A stretch of DNA of 17,387 nt from Verrucomicrobiota bacterium (GTDB taxonomy: Bacteria > Verrucomicrobiota > Verrucomicrobiia > Limisphaerales > SXQI01). The translations under genes and the position numbers were made by a program. How positions within the stretch are numbered: the first letter of the stretch is position 1; every line of letters begins with the position of its first letter. This document shows, one piece after another, positions 17,001-17,387 of the stretch. Under the pieces are notes generated by a model. The model had not been told where the DNA came from. It did no database searches and was given only the letters and a program-made list of their open reading frames with translations. The DNA lies in NCBI GenBank assembly GCA_033762115.1, contig JANRLX010000095.1, positions 1 to 17,387 on the forward strand. The letters run 5' to 3'.

Positions 17001-17387
17001 AACAGCGTGGGGCCTGCAACGCAGACGGTGTATGACGCAGCGGGGCGGGTGGTGCAGGTGATTCGCGCAGAGAATGTCACGCTGGCAAAGGTGACGCTTG
17101 CGCCAGCGACTTCATACGTGAATCTTAATCCTGACACGCATTTTTACGCGGCGAGCAGCGCGGGGCCGCAATATAAAATGCTGAAAATCGCGGGAACTAC
17201 CCCGGCCATTCCCGTTTCCACAAACCAGACGATTTATGACTCCATCGGGCGGGTGAAGTTTTCAATTGATGCGCTGGGGCGAGTTTCCGGTTATGGCTAT
17301 GATGCAGCGGGGCGGCGAACCAGTGTGACGCAATACAGCGGATTCACCGCAACTTATCCGATTGCAAATCCGGCAACGTTTGCGCCG
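5004..17387 (+). CDS. Giant secreted multidomain Rhs/YD-repeat protein, at least 4128 aa, 3'-truncated by the window end
   Basis: ATG at 5004, 1 nt after the upstream TAG. Manual translation finds no in-frame stop to the last base; its absence from the ORF track is consistent with this. Starts MNFTRYIQNVLKGLLVLSLVYFESRA|AQD (probable signal peptide). Ends in YD repeats (YEYDTSSRL, YDSQG, YDGRGRV, YDAKGDL, YDNNGNRL, YEYDPANRV, YDSSGRV, YDANGR, YDAAGRV, YGYDAAGRR). Confidence 0.95.
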   Translation, partial: MNFTRYIQNVLKGLLVLSLVYFESRAAQDSHRNFKVLERGADWNIISVESSFINGDGNVSVVTNSIYQLETGLNSWSADGQWEPVTNEFILKDGHAVAQGSHHKITIPADISNKEGVVVQFKNKLLRSHVFGLVLYDSASGNSALIGEVRATQGVLVKQNEVVFPDSFDGIKADVKYIHSKQGIEQDILIYENPALPEGFSEETTRLEVWTEFSEFPAAKVSIKSQVKGNWDARQNRLAEDLIDEEIDFEDFKFGEGKSFDVNDRDHVRSIVSKTWTRIGNRTFLIEAVPLNTVQESLLRLPRQKKNQAFRTGRREEIASLLSNFGKDPNQVADKFGKRIAANETVLPFTIDYVLQAAGTLTDVRFRRGVTYLITGPVVLNGQKTIFEGGSVIKFSKESGAKLQVNTNAVFDTSPYQPVVFTASDDNSIGEITPNSGGALEPGKYAEVAIEFNAVAAKASFYAKDLRILYAKTAIKLVGGIGHHVSNLQIGYSKTGIQLDSAEAYLGNALIFATETSLSASGSSLCRAEHVTLDSPTVIAGSIPGSPAPASGWATFVNSLITGTANDPSIPLINTPAQLASGDTFASSQGGTHYLKGSFSYRRTANPALNNPLLNTALEKMTVTAPIMVDGNYQADFVLRPIIPRDAKVEEPGYHYPAIDFVWSNLLLTNSTLVLSNGVAVGIAGSTGLTVTNKGSLISEGTALIPNRIFPAFNVAELPIPGSHRSPVLIRINVADVNNRGKVTAKDTEFYGMGSGTVGILSLVDRLAEVTLKDCLLQGAHLDLLEPSSPFSASSASWLKLINNSFIDSRFNVVKAHYAANTALSGEIFNNTFYNSPVTIRLEQPSFGYPPAWTIQENIFDSESPVLEASPYATLLHSHTGFVNCTAWSEPGMVSLSSFNYEKGPLGALYHSTTSFQNKGTRSLSASQLYHFTTTLNQVREGEGSPTLDIGKHYLASTKPFSSLAGYSGTAGQYGWNYHFAAAATPNVFVPGTFDPLTAGWKAADNLAEIKSGTVTPSLQFSVVRSFTAPRNGTVFVNAFAKLGLTTCPTADGVRIRIGVTRAGPTSGLTVLQNWRDIPTNNIEIPLHFQLNIEKGDKLHFQVSSKGNTQCDETTMVAQIFYLNADYDNDGIADHLEDIIADGSRTGQETYWNVADSDMDGISDLEEIQAKTDPNSAQSKPRKLIASWDFNGNPQHRSNQGHEAVEALNVDFSSIGLDSPSLYMKYEGNLVPRKLKFLEADAIGKSCISPREGTISFWITNQWIDSQDISSGASATDPFYTLFRLESTLGEYWDLDVAKIGGKSLRFQVKRQGDSSPRTPLHTASNLKLFEDRWHHIVLTYSASQIQIYIDGILVSSNLSTDLNNWSSVFQTRYFYVASDSSGVIPNVYVDRLKLYNYPLSETEIAHEYKAVAEKDTDGDGLLDFVEMKDGTDANLWDTDGDGMPDGWEKRYGLNPKSNSDKDSDPDGDLISNWREFKTGRNPLRADALAFSGGITWDPVTSQTSLINIDFGEFNQPELVKGPRRAGFNSEDQWNLISPGMQKVDILSADSIPEDPAPVAGFTMQYGPIIEGANFAGCPVPEVITDPMRVSQEICFFFSQLGMDQNSPWSSYIASIPCCVTDIYEIGSDPFDSFNNWGFTVENGIVHWKPACYLLSLCSKAYLGGMLQSSARPILFTSHWTILRSPEPVPPAEYPSANEQVRWYNFLDLVDPESPDQLISSMDFLLQTLPTESDCGAYFNSKHARGEFQISRLQKGKYRLYYSGSPVSMWTDDPRHQTMISGREHRLTINVNDSISFRYLEKPAKIDWIQLMLLAKLSTPESFSATYDQNEGPGIRLNWLPVPGAKTYEIERAVVSPVASMFKRLAFVYESDQILPDSMMSFVDEDLVPGTVYQYRIRAHTTLPEYPPSLARSLFFPEIEFSSEFTTNINQSVPENYAPLNRAPVLNSIRPLSRAFKNTPFSIGISQLHMRADAYDFRGRPLQFMVTGISEGELKLLNVDPVTQAILSEVEITPEYLESSFSDPENHPPAILSPNTLLQWTPPLDKLGVVPAFRVIAFNGSQYSANEADVFVEVREETILFWWGYYGDGMAGSGAPRINYTGSDNALAYRVGQMWENDPSPVKKHPNQRGGDPLNFKLKNVVSLGVGDVSRGAVLADGSVWTWGMGWWGDLGHQNRHPHRPNDPPWLTIASPYAQKVSGLNNIIQIAEHSGSVVLRADGTVWGWGNNEYGRLGNSELAYQPFTFEYGANEAADSWMQGSLKPVQIQGLENIVKVAASYAGTLALTSDGRVFFVGTWGNWYPDYEMLFGSNIPQQVELPVRCVDIAAGDNHFLVLGTDGVVYSWGINFDNQLGREPYGHFDEIPRPIEYSDPVHSIAAGGVLSGIVTGKGTVRLFGAPFWGTPYHHGLDHDIPHFSNIEKLSIDRGQALAADNEGRIYRWGDSPWIRQNLPAIPTLMDTLTEVEIIGGDSENGYAAGTLKSQIPREVKAVGKNGSVTVSWKRYPHATSYNVFRSLSNDIDTFTFLANVAEVNDREYYRFDDRNVMNGQRYFYAVSAIVESAETERSLIVDATPLPPPSSIGPIAVTSKFLQLQLTWPKSENVESYEVWRKVGSGDFVKHAEVPADTNPSFTYNDLFLEPGVAITYRVYAVNSVGRSAYVESLTAVANPSGSSIVAPTELQLTPLNGGALVKWAPLAPPENGHISYAVWVARADSSHTITGPWQLDQIVYDRVEHHIKDLLNGQHYAVRICAITTEGVGPFSADDFVKPVRPGAPTPIAEPETTVQPGSLHMKWSGEAVSYMISVTPTLPSTHPGYCNSVAQTVYPDEGGSAEFYLGELLPGSYVVNISQITDDYAEATEMADNYTATITEGTSDAFLPIVPLAANNRVELGWYGSLEEANAVMAAYDDWRFILHRRVEGETFCDAWVEIYDGENFRVEDSEVVNGTGYRYRLTGISPSLQVRQVLTSGAVVPARTFSESSALNLAASGANGGAVLSWNKVSSINGSKNDYHLKRSLDQGGPYSLIKVFSDSDPLMQWVDTGLQNGVPHYYIVEAINSYNRDVLPSLEVMAVPNSTGVPPPPTEFEGRIFNENVVLSWQPVDVADYYEIRLGNPLVSPASAPKGLNAKIPWSSMTKVYRYGVRSISRSGQSIEQRVSLQPIQWEASTDSSVARYSVRRRKSGTTEPYVEVARTVAPNFIDVRLEAEMTEYEYLIQPLGNGGEFIGDPFPALPGSYSTPPTVPDHVEKVVMLVGISSVSGSPTEITTPTNFIIQATAALNDTRTRIKHVEFWANGEFLGKDDSLPFQHEWINPPATAAGNSHTISAVMVDSDNRVHTSSAGFLRVRMIPELSAFKASELDLSLGGVGLPLNLTRSYNSQRLQEGMLGKGWLTVWDEARVIVPNLSTGWKSSKNFMVRQRWNLQETTPHQIEVRMPGGGYEFFHPVFSGFQDDGPGITDDLDLEWLLSMNISFAPGASASESQLVEVNEFIRVSVDVSSFEGDNTFEDLILREAISGNNYPYAPGPLIYTVADGTKYSFGDQLADVMYLQSIEDRAGNKITFESELVSEGGSEKRVLSKIKHSNGRVITLTRPSTSSPYWKVFDHVAGNPVNDRPVLKYKVSGPLLTEVHRLKKRSEEDYWITKYEYDTSSRLTKVINHEGVIVLENSYDSQGFLLTQRDGTGSERSYSYTDVSGGVKTGITQNQTSQEVVFDSYGQVASVKDETGVKTELSYDGRGRVITEKIEGAESYKSFDYDSLDRVVSSFDELGNAQSLSYADFGQVKMSTDAAGQTTQYEYWTFDDPGVNTQGNPAGSLKSITEPGGLMRQFTYNVRGQVLTEQTFAAGLNNPLTIVHQYDAKGDLTSTRHELYNPEFPDLYVSIFSYDNNGNRLSEKQSRTVPTRDASGIVTGSAVQHLITTYEYDPANRVIKTIDPLLRSTAVIYDSSGRVTETIDAFGRSNRSLYGVRGELLEKSFPDGTVQRTVYDANGRAVWQQDRTAVSGNNSVGPATQTVYDAAGRVVQVIRAENVTLAKVTLAPATSYVNLNPDTHFYAASSAGPQYKMLKIAGTTPAIPVSTNQTIYDSIGRVKFSIDALGRVSGYGYDAAGRRTSVTQYSGFTATYPIANPATFAP
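8379..8528 (+). repeat. Ca-binding thrombospondin type 3-like (bacterial DxDxDG) repeats, first cluster, within the giant ORF
   Basis: DYDNDGIADHLE ... DSDMDGISDLEEIQAKTDPN. Confidence 0.8.
8553..9230 (+). other. LamG / concanavalin A-like lectin domain within the giant ORF
   Basis: LIASWDFNG ... EGTISFWI ... RWHHIVLTYSASQIQIYIDG ... VDRLKLYNYPLSETEIAHEY. Confidence 0.85.
9249..9464 (+). repeat. Ca-binding thrombospondin type 3-like repeats, second cluster
   Basis: DTDGDGLLDFVE..GTD, DTDGDGMPDGWEKRYGLNP, DPDGDLISNWREFKTGRNP. Confidence 0.85.
10455..11225 (+). other. Single Fn3 domain followed by a cadherin-like/Ig domain
   Basis: Fn3: TPESFSA..IRLNWLPVPGAKTYEIER...FVDEDLVPGTVYQYRIRA. Cadherin-like: NRAPVLNSI...ADAYDFRGRPLQFMVTGISEGEL...LQWTPP...AFRVIAFNG. 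Confidence 0.65.
11238..12431 (+). repeat. RCC1/BLIP-II-like seven-bladed beta-propeller within the giant ORF
   Basis: Seven blade signatures: LFWWG, DGSVWTWG, DGTVWGWGNNEYGRLG, DGRVFFVG, IAAGDNHFLVLGTDGVVYSWG..NQLG, KGTVRLFG, EGRIYRWG. The closing half-blade is VEIIGGDSENGYA. Confidence 0.85.
12444..14700 (+). repeat. About eight tandem, highly diverged fibronectin type III domains
   Basis: Recurrent W...Y...Y pattern about every 95 aa: VTVSW..SYNVFRS..NGQRYFYAVSA; LTW..SYEVWRK..TYRVYAVN; VKW..SYAVW..NGQHYAVRI; MKW..SYMI; ELGW..NGTGYRYRL; LSW..DYHLKRS..DTGLQNG..YYIVEA; LSWQP..YYEI..YRYGV; QWEAS..RYSVRR..YEYLI. Confidence 0.8.
14740..15030 (+). other. Bacterial Ig-like domain (Big_7-like) immediately before the Rhs core
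   Basis: IIQATA..D..IKHVEFWANGEFLGKDDSLPFQHEW...HTISAVMVDSD. Confidence 0.7.
15060..17387 (+). repeat. Rhs core: DUF6531-like start followed by YD repeats (incomplete)
   Basis: ELDLSLGGVGLPLNLTRSYNS...GMLGKGW, then DGTKYSF, LQSIEDRAGNKITF and more than 15 YD/YxY-xxGR repeats. No DPxG autoproteolysis motif is reached before the window ends. Confidence 0.9.

Noticed and set aside
5573..17137. Many short 60-160 aa ORFs suggesting a gene-poor, pseudogenised or non-coding region
   Set aside because: All lie inside the single open + strand frame starting at 5004 and are artefacts of the track omitting an ORF with no stop codon.
16938..17315. Short recurring DNA words (ACGGTGTATGA, GCAGCGGGGCGG) as CRISPR or DGR-like repeats
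   Set aside because: They are codon-level echoes of YDAxGR peptide repeats, with no regular repeat-spacer structure, cas gene or reverse transcriptase in the window.
3641..17387. Assignment as a T6SS Rhs effector or Tc (ABC) toxin locus
   Set aside because: No PAAR, VgrG, EagR, SpvB or TcA-like sequence is recognisable, and the protein begins with a probable Sec signal peptide.

Overview
Bacterial genomic window, probably Verrucomicrobiota (Pedosphaera/Limisphaera-like) or another PVC-superphylum member; the taxonomy is inferred from gene content only. The left 3.2 kb (minus strand, about 55-63% GC in lines counted by hand) is a compact sugar-utilisation locus: FadR-type GntR regulator, then a prepilin-type N-methylation/H-X9-DG protein, then a secreted DUF4038/GH140 apiosidase-like glycoside hydrolase. 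It has a FadR-type operator pair and downstream hairpins. Divergent from it is a lower-GC + strand unit: a stand-alone glucose/sorbosone (PQQ-type) dehydrogenase-family beta-propeller gene, followed after a 1-nt gap by a giant ORF (5004 to >17387, at least 4128 codons, no stop in the window) that the supplied ORF track omits. Manual translation shows a signal-peptide-bearing Rhs/YD-repeat protein. About 3350 aa precede the Rhs core: an uncharacterised N-terminal beta domain, two beta-helix-like modules, a jelly-roll, Ca-binding DxDxDG repeats around a LamG domain, a Cys-rich insert domain, Fn3, a cadherin-like domain, a 7-bladed RCC1 propeller, about 8 tandem Fn3 and an Ig domain. DUF6531-like and YD repeats follow. 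The C-terminal tip and any immunity gene lie beyond the window. All domain calls come from motif recognition by eye; no HMM or database search was run.
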